DNA from: Camelus dromedarius
Lineage: Eukaryota
Assembly (NCBI RefSeq): GCF_036321535.1
Contig: NC_087436.1
Coordinates: 28,274,001 to 28,338,000, forward strand
Length of the DNA stretch: 64,000 nt
Reading direction: 5' to 3'
Shown: one piece after another, positions 27,761 through 42,509 of the stretch
Layout: every line of letters begins with the position of its first letter
Position numbering within the stretch: position 1 is the stretch's first letter
The notes under the pieces: generated by a model
Seen by the model: the letters and a program-made list of their open reading frames with translations, nothing else
The model's database searches: none
What the model was told of the DNA's origin: nothing
Position numbers and translations under genes: made by a program

Positions 27761-30700
27761 GAAAATATGAGTAATAAAAACCTGTGAGAATGGGGGATGG
27801 AGATGGGCAGTTCGGATACAGGATACAAGGGCATTCCAAACTCTAAAATTTAAAATGCATACAAGTAACATACATCTACATGCCTTATAATGGAACCAAT
27901 TATTTATCCTGAGTTATAATCTTAATTAGATAACTTGAACTTATTTGTACAGCATTCGTAAATAGATAAAACTGTCTTTTAGGTAATTCTGGTTCCTTTT
28001 TTCTCCATATGTCATTTCTTGCTATACATTATAGATGATTTCCCTCCAAGACACATCTGTCCTGAGACTTTCCAGGTGCTCAGGTGAGGTGGGTTAGAGG
28101 AAGTAAAGCAACATGGATTTGCATTCTAAAATGTTATCTTGATAACTAGTAAATCTAACCTTTCCAGGCGGATGCATGGAGGTAAGGTACTAATTGATCA
28201 TGTTGGCACTAAGGTGTTGTTCATTCTGCAAAGGCCACATTAATTCAAATTGATGTGATTCAAATTAACCTTAATCAGCTTCTACACAGACTGTGATTCC
28301 ATTACAGGATACATTGCAATTATACGTCTCCTGTCTTTATCTGCCCCATGGCCTTATGAAAGGATTTACATTTTTTATTTTGGCTTTTTGGATATTAAAA
28401 ATTTTAGTAAAAACTATTCATTTATGCATACCCCATTATCATTACTGGCTTCAAGATTGACTTTTTACATATTTAGTTTTGGGTTTTATTTACTCTAAAA
28501 ATATCAAAATATTTGGATTAATGTGACCTACATTAACCTTAGACAGTTTTTTCTTTGCTTGAGTGTTAGGGAGCTTTAAGGGAAGACAAGCGGGAAATAA
28601 TGTGTACCAGTACTCATTTTTTGTTAATAAACCAAATGTACTATGTTTAGGGAGCCAGGTAATTAAGAAATGTGTAAACTGGAACATAAATCATAATATA
28701 TGATAAATGCACTCTTGAAAACACAAGTGTGAGTGGGTTAAGAATAATATGGCCTTTGAGAAGTATGGCTATTTCTATTTTAATTATATAAACTAGGCAA
28801 AATAGGGAGCAGGGAGGTCATTTGTGGCTCCTGCAGTCATCCAGTGGAAAGATGTTTTTCCTCTATAAAGGGTGGTGGCGCAGAAGCTGATAGCTTTTGT
28901 CTGTGAAAAACCAATACAAATCTTCTAAATTAAAGCAACCTAGTTTTGTACTGCCTTAGAAAAACAAGGCTCATTAACTATTGCAAGATTCTATAAAAGA
29001 GCCTTATGTGAATTTCAGAGCATGCCGAGTATTAGATTTGCTTATACTGAATAAGCTTTTCCCCACATGTGAAACCCTTGAAAGATGAACAGTAGAAGTC
29101 TGATGAATTTATTTTTTCTAAAATAATAAAAAATTTTTAAAGATATTGTAAGTGCTTTTAGGTTCATGGAATTATAGTCTAATTTTTATATTTTTGTTCT
29201 TAATATTTTCAGTGAATACTGGTGAGAGAGATAGAAGGGGGTTATGTAGGCAGAATTTGTAACTTTAGAAATAGAGTAATTTTAGTGATCAAAGTTCTCA
29301 GGAGTTTGTAGCTGAAGAGATGAAGTCTCAGGAGTTACAGAGTTCAATGACTGAGAGAAAATCACCAAAGATCTTGCCCATGTGGATAGTACAGTTAGCC
29401 AGGATGAGGGGAAGATTTGCTGTGGAAGAAAATACTGCCAGTGATAAGCCATCTCACTAGTAAAGTAAGGCAGAATGCCTGAGATGGCCAGAGGGGCTTT
29501 AGTCAGCTGACCCAAGCATCCTCCACTTTGAGGGATACAGGAAAATCTCTGTGTTCAGGGGAGAATTAAAGTCTGAACACAAAAATAGCAGACAATGAGA
29601 GGAATGAGAATGTTTGGGCATATGTTAGTCATGAAATGGGGGCCCAGAGAAAGAGCAGGATGAATAAAATGAGATAATATTATGTATTGTCTGGCAACAT
29701 AACAAATATCTGTTCTCCTTAGATGTTTGTATGCTCCCCGGTTCCACAACACTTACCTCCTGGCTGACTCTCCATCAGCTACATCCAGGCCTGAGCATGT
29801 AGCAAGACGCTCATTGTGCAGCAGGAGCCAACAGTTGGAGAACAGTGCATAGTCACTGATCATTCTTTCAAAAGTTTGCCTCTATTTAATTCTACCTTAA
29901 TTCAGCAAAACTTAATCTCCTTGAAAATTTTCTGAGCCACGTCTTCTTCTAATGACTTTCTGCTACTCTGATTTTCTCATTGCTTCCTGATTTTCTAGCT
30001 TTACATTCATCTAATACGGTAACTTTTAATAGTAGGTGCTAAATAAATGATTAAAGGATGAGTGCTTGAATGAATAACATGTCATAATAATTTCCATAGG
30101 CTAGAGCATGAGATATGTATTAGATGACATTAATCTTTTCTCACTTCATTCTGCAGTATGTGCACTTCCTTGAAGCTAGTTAATTTACACTCTTTTTCAG
30201 AGTATTTGCCTTTTCCACTGTGCCAATCTTCATCACAGCAAAGAGAGTTTTAATTAAAGGAAAAATAGCATATCAGGTCAAATATTCTACAATTAATTGC
30301 ATGTGGCAAACTGCTCAAAAGTGTACATAATACATTCAGCAAACAAACATGAAAATTAATTATAAAAACAAGGCCAGTCAAATCCAATTATATTAAAGTC
30401 TACTTACATTTTGGAGTCAAAACTATAATAGGTATTTATAAATCAACAAAAATAAATCTGTACAATAATTGCATGAAAGTAACTTAGATAACATGGAGAT
30501 GAGGAAAAATGAATATATTTGATATAAATCAAGGGAGATAATACCTATCAAATGTGTGTTAAATAAAAAGAGGAATCCCTTTGGGATCCAGCTTCACTTT
30601 TTAAACCTTCTCAGAGCAATGTTGAGTTCATATTTTCTTAAAGTAAATAGTTTGCAGTTTGTAGCCAAGATTTTTAATGGTATGTTGGGGTGAAGAGATG

Positions 30701-30957
30701 TGTTTAAAAACAAACAAACAAACAAACAAAAAGAGAAACAAACAATGAAATGAAAGCATCAATGATGATTGAGATAAATTCCTTAGTGAAATTTTAAAAA
30801 ATACCTTTAAGTGAGTTAAATCATTTTTAAGCTAGAATTCCTAGTGATTTCTTATTGTCTACCCAATTTGATTAGCAAGTAGAAGCGTCCACTTTAAACC
30901 ATGTTTTATGTTTTAAATTATAAATATATTTGTGATTTAAATATACATATATATGTC

Positions 30958-31130
30958 AGCACACTCCAGTAAAACTTCCTGCAGTGATGGAACTAGTCTA
31001 TAACTGCATTGTTCAAGATGGTCGTCACGAGTTACCTGTGAGTACTGAGCACTTAAAATGTGGCTTATGTGTCTGAGGAACTTAATTTTTAATTTTATTT
31101 AATTGTAGTTAATTAAAGTTTAAACTTAAA
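30958..31130. mobile_element. MER3-like hAT-Charlie DNA transposon fragment
   Basis: aacttcctgcagtgatggaa...actgagcacttaaaatgtggc...tgaggaacttaatttttaattttatttaatt. Confidence 0.7.
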
Positions 31131-32558
31131 TAATAAGAAGTACCAAAGAAAGCACAGATCGTGTGTGCTCTTAACCTTATCTGAAGGCTAAGTACTGGTG
31201 CTCTGCTTTATTAAGTGTGTAATAGAAGGAAAAATTGAGACTCATGCAGCACATCTCACAAAACCTATGACAGAAAAGTTGAATATTTAAACCCTCTATT
31301 ATCAAATTTGTTTATCTCTGGGATTAAGTTTGTCTCTTAAACAAGCAAACAAACAAAAAGCAGATTGAGTCAAACAATTTCTGATGCTGCTTTTTTATGT
31401 AGAATTCTGAAACTAATATAGAAAACACCTAACAGCCCTTAATTTTGAAAGTATACATTTCTGTCTAAGCCAAACATAGATACATATGAATAAGAATTTC
31501 TACATCAATTTTCACTTTTTAATTTCATTAAAAAAACATTTAGCATTAACAACACTGGTAGAATTACCAAAATATTTATACTATGACTTCCAAAGTTAAC
31601 AAGTAAAGGAAACTTTTACAGTATTTCCAGGATAGATCTCTAACTGTAAAAGAGAGTTAACATCTGGATGACATTCAAATAATTAATTTATAACTTCTTG
31701 CCTCAATTTGTGAAAATAAGTTGCAAGCAGACATATTTAACATTAAGGGAATAATCTAAGGTCATCTGACAGACAAATAAGCTTGTACAACAAATGTATA
31801 ATACCTATTCCGATGTCCATTGATTTCTTTTGTTAGTACTGTCATATACCTTGATTTAAATTAGTCAGCAGTGTTTCAAATGTAAAACAAAAGCGTATCA
31901 TAATCCACAGCATTAAAGTATAGTTTGACTTGCATTTTTGTACAGTCCTCCAAAACCGTATATCCAAACTCAAATTTAAGAATGGGACAGATGAGAATAA
32001 AGTGCTGTTTTTTCCTACAAAGAGAGGACATTTAAGAAGCACAACACAACAGGATGTGAATTATGATATAATAATTCACACCTTTTGCATTGTTAGATAT
32101 AAGACTATACTGAGCTCCATTTAATGCACAAGGTGTGAAATATTACCCCATAATTTACACCATGAAATGATCCATTGTGCTTATAAACAAGTACCTGTAA
32201 GTTTTTTTTTATTAAAATAAGTAAAATGTTCCAATTTAATGTTTTTAAACGGAAATGTGAGAAAATAGTAAAAATGGAAATTAGAATAATATCAAACATT
32301 GTCTTGAATTTTAAGCACATTTTCTTTAACCAAAATAAAAATGTATATTTTTTTACTTTTCTTGACTGATGTTCAGATCCAGGAGGTATTTGAGCAGCCA
32401 AGTCAGTTTAACTACTGTATAGTTACCAGAGATCCCTTTGGAACCATCCCTTTTACAATTCACCTCCCCTGCTAGGACTTTTACCGTTACTTCAGAGCCA
32501 CTTAGCCTTCTGAAGTTTCACTTGTACTTTTTAAAGCATGCTAGTTTAGTTCTTGTGC

Positions 32559-32581
32559 AAAAAAAAAAAAAAAAAAAAAAA
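32559..32581 (+). repeat. Poly(A) tract
   Basis: Uninterrupted run of about 23 A. Confidence 0.9.
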
Positions 32582-33233
32582 TCATGAAAACCTCCCAGCT
32601 TGCTTCTGTTAAGTTCTAGACAGTATAAAGGCATGGAGTTGAGGTAGGCATTTATCTTTGAACTTGGGATTCTGTAAATGCTCTTGATTGTGGGTGGTTA
32701 ACTCCCCTGGAAAACACGCTCTCCCAACTCCCACTCTCCCACTTCTGTTTCCACTCCCCAAGCTGTCAAGAAATTTGGCCTATAGTGGAGTTTACTGAGT
32801 TTCTTTGAATACGAGTTTGCATAAAAATGAAACAAATGGATAAATACTTGTCAGCTTTTACATATGAAGAGGAGTGGGGCTACTTTGGGATAGTAAGCAC
32901 AGGTTAAACAGAAACTTTGTTGGACGAAGGCTTGGAGTAATTGCTGGGGCAATTTTAGAAATTTCCCAGGAATTTCTAAGGGAGACAGCCTAAGTGAATC
33001 CTCTGCTACATATATGAAGAACCCAGAATGCCAAAGAGTCAGCCCTCCCCTGAGTCATGGATACTATTAAAGAGAGGAAGGTGATACACAAAGATATGAG
33101 CAATGAATGGGAGAATGAATGATTAAGGTAAATGGTATTCCCAACACTTTTGAGGGCCAAGGTTAATCAGACGGTAGAATACTAATTGAAGTTAAAAGGG
33201 AAAGACGTGAATGACAGTAAGTTTTATTGGTTT

Positions 33234-33711
33234 TGCCAACTAAACAATGTCACTCGCCATCAAGTTCTGCAAGGATTAGGTCATTAGCCACTACAGTCGC
33301 TGACCTTTCACACAGCTTGAAAGGAATTCAAGGTGGGGATCAAGAACGAGGCACTCTGTGCTCTGGGAAAAAAACTGGCAGAACAGACCTTCAGATAGGT
33401 ATTTTTAGGAGAAAATTTTATGAACCCAACTTCTTCCATTTTCTCATACCTAGAAAAGCACTAAAATCATTAAAAGAGACACCTGCTCCTCATGACTAGC
33501 AGCAAATTTCTATCACGATGTGTGCTTGATTGCATGTACCCCCTTCACTGAAATCATATATATATATATACTGACCTGCCCCCACATCTTTGGAGCAGTC
33601 CATAGAGCTATCTGAGGCTGTCTTCTGGGCTGTAGTTCTCAGTAAGGTCCCAAATAGAACTGAACTCACAGCTCTCTTATTGTGCTTTTTTTCTTTTCTT
33701 TTGAGTCACTA
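33234..33711 (+). mobile_element. Solo LTR, probably ERV1 class
   Basis: Starts tgccaact, ends agtcacta (decayed TG...CA inverted ends); 4-bp TSD gttt on both sides; TATA-like run near 33557. Confidence 0.65.
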
Positions 33712-33789
33712 GTTTGTGGGACACTTTGGAGACAAGACTAATAATATTCATTTTGTTTTTGCTTGTCTTTTTGCATTTGGAAGGGGCAG

Positions 33790-34010
33790 TAAAATGTACA
33801 TAATACAAAATTTGCTATTTTAGCTACTCTAACTACAAAATTCAGTGGCATTAAGTACATTTACAATGTTGTACAACCATTAACACTATCCATTTTCAGA
33901 AATTTTCATCATCTCAAACGGAAATGCTGTACCCACTTAACAGTCAGCTCCCATACCCTGTTCACCAAGCCCTTGGTAGCTGCTATTTTACTTTCTGTAT
34001 CTGTGAGTTA
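33790..34010 (-). mobile_element. L1MB-like 3' end fragment
   Basis: ttcagtggcattaagtacatttacaatgttgtacaaccattaacactatccattttcagaaattttcatcatctcaaacggaaa. Confidence 0.75.
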
Positions 34011-34816
34011 TTTTGGTTTTTAATTGAATTGTTAGACTATATATTTTAGTGTTGGCACTGCAGAAAACTAGTCTTCCCTGATTGTTGATGACTAAGCCCC
34101 AAACTTTCCTTTAAAGTCTGTGATTTAATTTCTTAAAAGTGAGATGCATTTATAAAACATAAACTTAGTGACATATTAATAGCTTCAAATAATTTGTACT
34201 TTGCTTTTTTGTATGAATATTTTTGTATTCTTGATTGGCTGTGTCATAAAAAAGATGAAGAATAAACTATTAATTTCAAATATCTGAGAGATTGCTATAC
34301 AGATTTTTTTCTCACAAGGACCTGGAACTGTACTGAGAGGAATATGATTTGTATAAGGAATAATTGGTTCAAATGTTAACTCTCCCTTGTTAACTGAAAT
34401 TGTTGTGACTCTTATCAGAGTTATTTTGCTAGTATCTTTGAAATTTTAAAGGAGTATACCAAATAGAATATATTTTCTAATAGCCATATCACCCATAAGA
34501 TTGATATTTTAAGTATTTAAGTTGGACTGTTCTCATGTTTATATTAGCACCACCCTACTGAAATTTTAAAATAAGATATGAAATCACTGTTAAATATTAT
34601 GAAGAATGATCTCAAAATGTGAGAAAATAGAGTGACCAGTGTTTATCAGGTTTTAATATTCTACTATTACTTTAGTTAATTAAAAACCATTCTATTTTGA
34701 TATGATATACCATGGTATTGAAAAAAAATTCACTGGTACATTACTTCAAACAAATATTAAGTTTCAGAGATATTAGCCAAAGGCCTAGAATTACTATGTA
34801 TTTTGTGGGTAGGAAA

Positions 34817-35448
34817 TGATGCAGGAAAAACAAATGTGGGGCATAAAGAGGGCCATGTCCCAGGCTTCATTCGAGCCCCTGGAACATGCCCCGCCAAGTG
34901 TGGGTCCTCAGCTTCAAGCAGGAAAGAATTCAAGAGCAAGCCACAGTTGAGTAAAGGTAGATTTATTCAGAGAGATACATCGAAAGACAGGAAAAGGCCA
35001 CGAGGTGTGAGGGTTAGGTGCTCAGATTAGAGTAAAAGTAGGTACACACTCCATAGAGTGCAGGCTGTCTCTGAAAGGAGAGAGAGAGAGGCCCTGAGGG
35101 GCAGTGTTGCCAGTTTTTATGGGCTTTGGTAGCTTCATATGCAAATAAATGGAAGGACCAGTCTAACTAGTCTGGGGAACGGGCTGGGATTCCCAGCAAG
35201 TTGGCCATTTCCCACTCTTTGATCTTTTATGGCTAGCCTTGGGACTATCATGGCGCCTGTGGGCATGTTATTCACTGTGCTAATATATTACAATAGGCAT
35301 ACAATGAAGCTCAAGGTCTGCTAGAAGTTAAATCTCCCACTATCTTGAACCTCAAGGTCTACTGGGAATTGAATCTTTCTTTCATCATTTTGATGTTAAT
35401 TGCTGTAGCATTCCTTGAATGGCTGTGCCCTGCCCCATTCCTGTCTCA
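34817..35448 (-). mobile_element. Solo LTR, ERV1-like
   Basis: TG...CA termini (tgatgcaggaa / ttcctgtctca), perfect 4-bp TSD gaaa at 34813-34816 and 35449-35452, minus-strand AATAAA near 34962. Confidence 0.85.
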
Positions 35449-35539
35449 GAAAGAAAACTAATAATTACATTTTTAAACATCCTATCAAGATAGGATTTCT
35501 TATAGCTTGATAAAGTCTATTAATTGGGTTGAAATTCTG

Positions 35540-35715
35540 ACTAAAATCACTTAAAACATCTTTTAGCCTAAATGTCTCCTGGGTAAATGAAAATTCTTAA
35601 ACATATTCTTAGGAATGTATGAACTAATTTATGTAAAGAACTTGGAAAACATGGCTTTGAACAGTTCCTGGTACATAGGAAATATTATATAAATGTTAAC
35701 TGTCATCATCATCAT
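35540..35715 (+). mobile_element. MIR fragment
   Basis: aaatcacttaaaacatcttttagcct...agttcctggtacataggaaat...aaatgttaactgtcatc. Confidence 0.5.
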
Positions 35716-38489
35716 CATCATTTTAGGCTCATGGACTGTTGTTTGCTATAAAATATTTTTACAAATAGTTTAACTTCATTGCACTTTCCTTTAGCTATTT
35801 TTTCGAATTTAAGTCAAAAGGATTTTAAACCAAAGTTATTAATATTTGTCTTGAGACATTATTTACCCTGATATTTGACTATTGTTGACCTGGATAAAAA
35901 TTGATATTAGATTAATAACACACAATCAAGTTTAGATCTAAAACATATTCATATAGAGAATGAGTATTTGTTGATATTAAAAAATAATTTCAGTAATTAC
36001 TAAATAATATTACTCTATGTAGCAATATGTTTCCATGTGTATTGAGATCTTTCTGAAAATTATCTCATAGATATTCCACAAGCAAGTTAACCTCATCTGC
36101 TACAAAATTATTACTATGTATTATTTCTTCTCCAACACCCATAAAAATCTGCCATTCTTCCTTTATTCTGATTTTGGCTGGAAGTATATCTAATAGATAC
36201 AATATTACCAGTCTCAGACTCCAGGAAATTCATCACTAACTTCTATCCAATTAATCATGCTGTTTCTCTGTTTCTACCACTGAATACCTCCCAAAGTCAC
36301 TCCAGTGTCGACATTCTGGGTATGCTTTGGTTACACCTTCCATAATTCTTTACGAGTCTGTGCTTTCTTAACTGTTCTCCCTGCTTCCACAGTATCTACC
36401 TCCACCTGCCATCAGACTGACTCTATTATGCCTTATTCATCTTTTATCTGTAGTCTGTAAAGCATGATCTACTTGGAATTATGCCAAGTACAAAGTAAAT
36501 GATTATGAATTACATTGCATTAATTATCCTCATGATATTTATTCTATAAGAATATAATTTTTAATAAGTATATCTCCTAATTAAAGCAATAGTCAACTCT
36601 AGATTAGAAGATTTTTGAAACCTCAATCAAGTCTAAATCTAAACCTTAAGTCACTGAGAACTAAAGGCTAGACTGCCTTTAAGCACATATTCATTACATT
36701 TAAAGAAGGAAATTGGGACAATATTATACATATAAATTCCTCCAGGCTACTTTGCATTAAAAACATCAAAATATTTGTTAGAAACAGCATTTTCAATAGA
36801 GTTTTAAAAGACTCCTTAACCAAAGAAAAGTCTCTTTTGAGCTATTTTCACCTAGATACCAAAACAAACAAACAAACCCCAAATCATGAAAACATAAACA
36901 ATTAATGTCTGTATGTCCACAACAATCCTCATCAGACTTTCTCAGCAACATTTTTGCTGATGTCAAAGGGTTGGTCTGTCGGGAAAAATGTTTCATTTCT
37001 TACTTCAAAATACAGAAATAATAGATATGAGTAAGAAATAGATAAGTTCATAGACACCTTGCTAAAATTTATTTATTCTTCTCTACATTTATTTTTATAG
37101 TAACTTATTCACATTATTATTATTCTAAACGCATGAAAAAGACCCATCCAATATAAAATTTAATGCATTTCATATATAAAATAGTTTATTTTCAAGCAAA
37201 AACAAAGAAAAGGGAACCATAGAACAGTACATTTATGCTATTTTTTGATCTGAGTGGTTCATATATGAAATACCTGTTCAAAATACTAAGAAATTTAATT
37301 AGGAAAAATGCAATATAAAATAAGGCATTGATTAATAGTAAAATTTAAACTTGGTTAGTACTAAGAATTAAAAGGTTAATAGATCGTAATTGTACAAAAT
37401 GAAATGTTAGTTAAGTCCTGCATGAATTATTCAATTTAATGATTTTGCTATGTATAATTGAGAATACATATATCTGGCAATATACTTTTAAAAATGTTTT
37501 TAATATATTATAGACATTGTAATCTCTAAAGAGAATACATTTTCTAATATTTTGTACAAAATATTTTTCTTGCTCATACAAGGCTACAAAAGAGAAAACC
37601 ATTGTTTTGTAGTACTTTTTTTTTAACTGAGGAAAGAAATACTACTTAATCCCTTTATTACATTTAAATTAATATTTTCCAAAAAATTTATAAGGACTTA
37701 TTTTCTGCTAATGCTTTGTACATTAAACAAGCTGAGAGACAGAAAATTCCTAGTTTTAAATGGACATTTGATATAAAGTTTCAAAGTATTTATATTTAAT
37801 GTAAAGCAAAAGACATCAATGATCTATTTGATGTTTTTATAAAAATAATCTACATTGTGTCTTGAACTTCGTTTATGGCTGAGCATTCACTAGGACCCAT
37901 TTCAATATTTCTATCTGGGGTATAATATTGTGACTTGGAGCAATATTTTTTCTCTTTTTAAAAAAATAATTTCTACAGTGATAGGTTCTGTGGGAGCTTT
38001 CAAGGAAGTATATGTCTCTGTCCTCAACAAGCTTTAACAAAGGTCAAATATAAAGACCCAACAAACATTTCTATCTGTATATAGCTTTCAAATAATTAAA
38101 AAGGAAAACTCTTTCATACTTCTACTGAAACATACTACTGAAAATGATCATCTTTATGCACACATTCCTGAGAATTATCCTCAAATGGTCATCTTTTCAG
38201 GTTACTAACTTCGTGAATTATTTACTGCTGCTCAGTTGCATTAATAAGTAATATTAATAAGTAATCATTTGTCTTTTCATAGACTTTGTCTTACTTCTTA
38301 AAGCATAGTGATTTGTGAGTAAAAATTGTAAAAGAATGCTACACTACTAAGCAAACAAAATACTTACTAATGGAGCTGATAATTATCATTCACTTATTTT
38401 AATAGTGGATATTACTGGGGGCAATGGAATATGGAGTTTCATTTAATTTAGGCCCACCATGTGAAACTTTGCCAATTCATGGAAAATGC

Positions 38490-38720
38490 AGTGTAATACA
38501 GTAGATAAGGGCATATAAGAGCTATATTGATTGCATATAAATCCTGACCTCAGCTAATATACATGGGAAATTATTTAACTTTCCTAAAACTTACTCTCCC
38601 CATCTGTGAAATGGAGATATGTGTAATGCATAGATCATTTGAGGGATGCATGTGGTAATTTTTATGAACTACTTAGCGTAATACCTGGCACAGAGTAAGA
38701 ACTTAATATATATTCAAATG
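38490..38720 (+). mobile_element. MIR SINE
   Basis: aaattatttaactttcctaaaacttactctccccatctgtgaaatggagat...cttagcgtaatacctggcacagagtaag. Confidence 0.75.
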
Positions 38721-39514
38721 TGGTTGACATTCTGTAATTACTATTGTAATTATTTTCACCACATACTGCTTATTGATAAATGGGAAAATAGTATGATGCA
38801 TTATGACTATTGACTTCATTTAAAATCAAAAATTAGATTTTCTTTTATAGACAATTTGATAATTAAGTAGTCCATGTTGTCCCTATATTAAGTTACATTT
38901 CAACTTCAAAAGTATCATCTTTATTTACTTCCTAAATAGATTGGTGTTTATATTTTCAAAAGTCTACTGTTTATTGCTCTGAATATTTCCAGATAATATA
39001 CTGCAGATTTCTTTTTCAGGTAAAGATTCGTTAGTAGGCCACATCTTGCTAGTTCTTACATATTCTTGCCAGTTTGTGACCGTTATTTGAATAAATTAAA
39101 TCATTGTCCAAGAGATGATGCTCCACTTATTGCAACAACAATACTGATTCCTGCTTTTCTGTTGAGTTTTTTTAACACATACTCCAAGATGACAGTAAAC
39201 AGCCATGGTTAAATTGCATCATCTTGCTTTATTCCCCTGTATAGAGTTATTTGGCTTGAGATATAAAATATCATAAATTCTACAATGCCTTTGTAGCATA
39301 TGATTTTATAAAAGTTCTATAGCATTAGATTAATTCTGATTTCTCTAAGTATATTGAATATAGCTGAGTTTTCAAATGAGTCATATTCTTAATTGCCTTC
39401 AAAGAATGTGAAACTAATTAGAATGTGATGTTCTTAGAATTTAGCTCTTTTTCAAATTGAAAAAAAAAATAGTTGTGCCACGAATTTGAGTACCCTGAAT
39501 GAAATCTGATAAAG

Positions 39515-39750
39515 ATAAAATAAAACATTTTTTAATGCTTGCTATATGCCTGATTTAATGGAGATGCTGTTCATTGATAGTTTACTTAACTCTCATATAT
39601 TGCCAAGATAATTTTCCCCAATTTATAGAGGAAACTTATATAGAGAGAAGGAACTTAACTTGCCTAATGTCAATCAGCTAGAAACAATGGAATTTGAATT
39701 CAAATTCAGAAATGTTGGTTCATGTCTCCATCCTTTCCTCTAGTACTACT
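39515..39750 (-). mobile_element. MIR SINE inside the RTE-like fossil
   Basis: ccccaatttatagaggaaactta...aacttgcctaatgtcaatcagctag...ggaatttgaattca. Confidence 0.7.
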
Positions 39751-39789
39751 TGTTGGGAAAATACCTGATGAATATTTAGTATATTCATG

Positions 39790-40250
39790 AAATGATATCC
39801 TCCAGTCCACCTTCTACCCTTCTCTACCTGGTTTGGGCCTAAGGAAGATGTCCTTTATAGTTTGCATCCCTGCAGACTTTCAAGGAGATTTAGCCAGTGA
39901 GAGTCATCAGAATGCAAGAGTGAGAGAAGGGTAAGGCTGAGGTATATATTTCCTCTGTGTTCTCACTGCCAGGTTGCCATAGGTTGGCTTTCCCTAAGAC
40001 CATAGTGCATCTTGAACATCCGTCTTACATGCAGTTCCCATCTCTGGTTTCCAGCAGTTGCTTCCTTATCTTGTTTTTTTAGGCCCAGAGTTAAGTTATA
40101 GCTCTCAAAACATCCCTTTCTAGCCCAGTAGTACTATTAACACCCCTTGGTGGTTTTCCTAAATGCTACACATATATTGTATTCATCATTTTATTAATGT
40201 GCCCTCAACTCTACGGTTGCTTATTCAATTACTATCTTCTGAAACTCTTA
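39790..40250 (+). mobile_element. Old ERVL-type LTR (LTR33-like)
   Basis: tccaccttctacccttctctacctg...tttagccagtgagagtcatcag...gagaagggtaaggctgaggtatatatttcc. Confidence 0.5.
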
Positions 40251-42509
40251 ATAATATAATTAATTTTATTGTATTGAACTGCCTTTGATGTCTTAATATA
40301 TGGAATGCATTTATTATCCTTGTGTACATTGTCTAAGATGTCACCTGCTCATGGATAATATGTATCATACTACATATTTTATGCCACAAAATTTATTTCT
40401 TCCCAGGTAAATGGCAAAACAGGTTTGAATTTAGTTTCATGGCCAAATAAAGTTAGTACTATGCTTATAGTTTTAATCATTTTAGAACTCTTTACAGATG
40501 GAACATGCTATGTAGTTGAAATAACTTACACATCAAATAGCATTTCTATTTTATAAATATGAAAACTGAAGCCCAAGAAGTTTAGGCAACCCTGAGATCA
40601 CAGTTAAAATGGATATAATTTTATGTAATAGTTTCCTCCTAATTTATGTATTTTCTATTCTTTTGAAGTCTTTCGTATTTTTTGATGTTTTCAGGATCTC
40701 CTAAAATACTGTTTAATGATCCTAATTCTTTTCAAAATATTCTTGCAAGTTTGTTTCCATGATTTCTGGAATCATCTGGTGTCTACGACTTGAGTGATTC
40801 CTACTTCTGCGATGCTGGCTTGCCACGGCAGTGCTTAACAAAGGCTTCACTCTTTATTCATTTCTCTGTTAAAAATGTGCTTCAGAATTAATGTGATCAA
40901 GTCTGTGCATACAACCCTTCATTGAATTGACACTTCCATTTTCCTCTGAGTTCCTCTTGTTTTATATGCATGTGCTAAAATGACGCTCATCTTGGATTTC
41001 AGTATTCAATGATCTGATCCCAGGAAAGTGATGCTGTCACTTGTTACCGAGGCCTCTCTGGTATTACTTTTTTAAAACTTTTAGTGGAAAAAATCAATCA
41101 TCTCAAGAAATACTGCTATTGAAGAAATGAAAACTTCTGTTTTATAATGTTAGAATTTAAAAATGTGGTGGAAACAATTCAAGCTGTAGACATGTTCACG
41201 TCTTTTAAGCTATCAAATTTAGTATATCGGAAATAATAATTATTTCATCTCACATAATTGAGAAAGGAATCCATTTGTAAATTTGCTTTCAAATAGATTA
41301 ATTACACACCTATATAACACATATATATATTACATATATATCTTATTTGTAAAAAATTTATAAGAAGACATCAATAGATAAAAAATTTTGAATAATGCTT
41401 CTTCTAATAGGCATTCATGTTGTAAAATTTTAACATATCATTGATAGTACAGAAAATTTTAAATGGGTAATTAAAAATCACAATAATAAAAGCAAAATAA
41501 CACTGATTTATTTTCATTTCTAAAAACATTTACCTTTTGTGTGCTATTTGATATAATACAATTTAATGGCCTGTCAATAAAACTTCTAAGTCAGCTTATC
41601 TTCCTCAAAGAAAGCTTTACGTGTGTTCAATTCTTAACCCCTTATGACTAATGTATTAGTACTTCAGATATAGCTCTGATAATTGTAATTTGTTGAACAG
41701 ATTCAGAATAAATGTCATAAATAAAACTAAAGAAATGTCAGGTATCTTTTGTTTCTAACCTCATCAAAGAGCACATTTGAGACAAGAATTATCTTTTTTA
41801 ATATAAAATATATCAACCTTGTAAATTAGTATATTTTATGTATTTTGGAGTGAAATTATTTGATCATTATTTCTACTTTTATTTCTGATATAGGAATAAA
41901 ACAAAAATGAAAACAACTGAAAAATCATTTCTAATTGTGCTATGTTAGTGTTTAACCATATTTAATGATGGTTTGACTTCCATTACAAAAAAAAAAAGTA
42001 AAACATTTTATTATGGTATGTTTAGGTGTTTTTACTATCACATACCTGTATCAATATGGGTCTGTATGTGGAATGAGTGATGCCACCACAAAATATGAAT
42101 ATGTAATCTATTAATTTAAATCAGCTAATAAGAAGTCTATAATACCTCCAAATCTAATGGGAACATGCTTAGATTAAAATATTTATACTAGCCAAAAACA
42201 AAATCTCCACCTTCTTTCATATCTCTCTGGACTGCACTGAAATCCTAATTCTGAAGTTTTAGGAAAACAAAACATATTGAAATACTCAAATCCTCATGAC
42301 TTTTCACTGAAGAAAAATTATTATTTTCATTGAAGATGTCTTATGTTAAGTTTCTATTGAGGGCTGGGGTCTAATGGAACTTACAGTCTGCACTGAAAAT
42401 AAAATACATTAGACATCGAGAATATTGTTATAATTTCTTTATAATCTCCTCTGTTTTACCTTTCCTTTAGGCAACAGTCTCCACCCACAGAAACCAGTTT
42501 TTGCTTACA

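Larger units (their letters stand above)
38830..41060 (-). mobile_element. Fragmented ancient non-L1 LINE, probably RTE-like (endonuclease + RT fossil), split by MIR and LTR insertions
   Basis: Minus-strand translation from 39388 downward gives EYDSFENSAIFNILRE...LYRGIKQDDAI*PWLFTVILEYVLKKLNRKAGISI (RT domains 3-4); PFTWEEI at 40414-40394; weaker endonuclease-like LDHI and HQMI at about 40.9-40.77 kb, all collinear. Confidence 0.65.
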
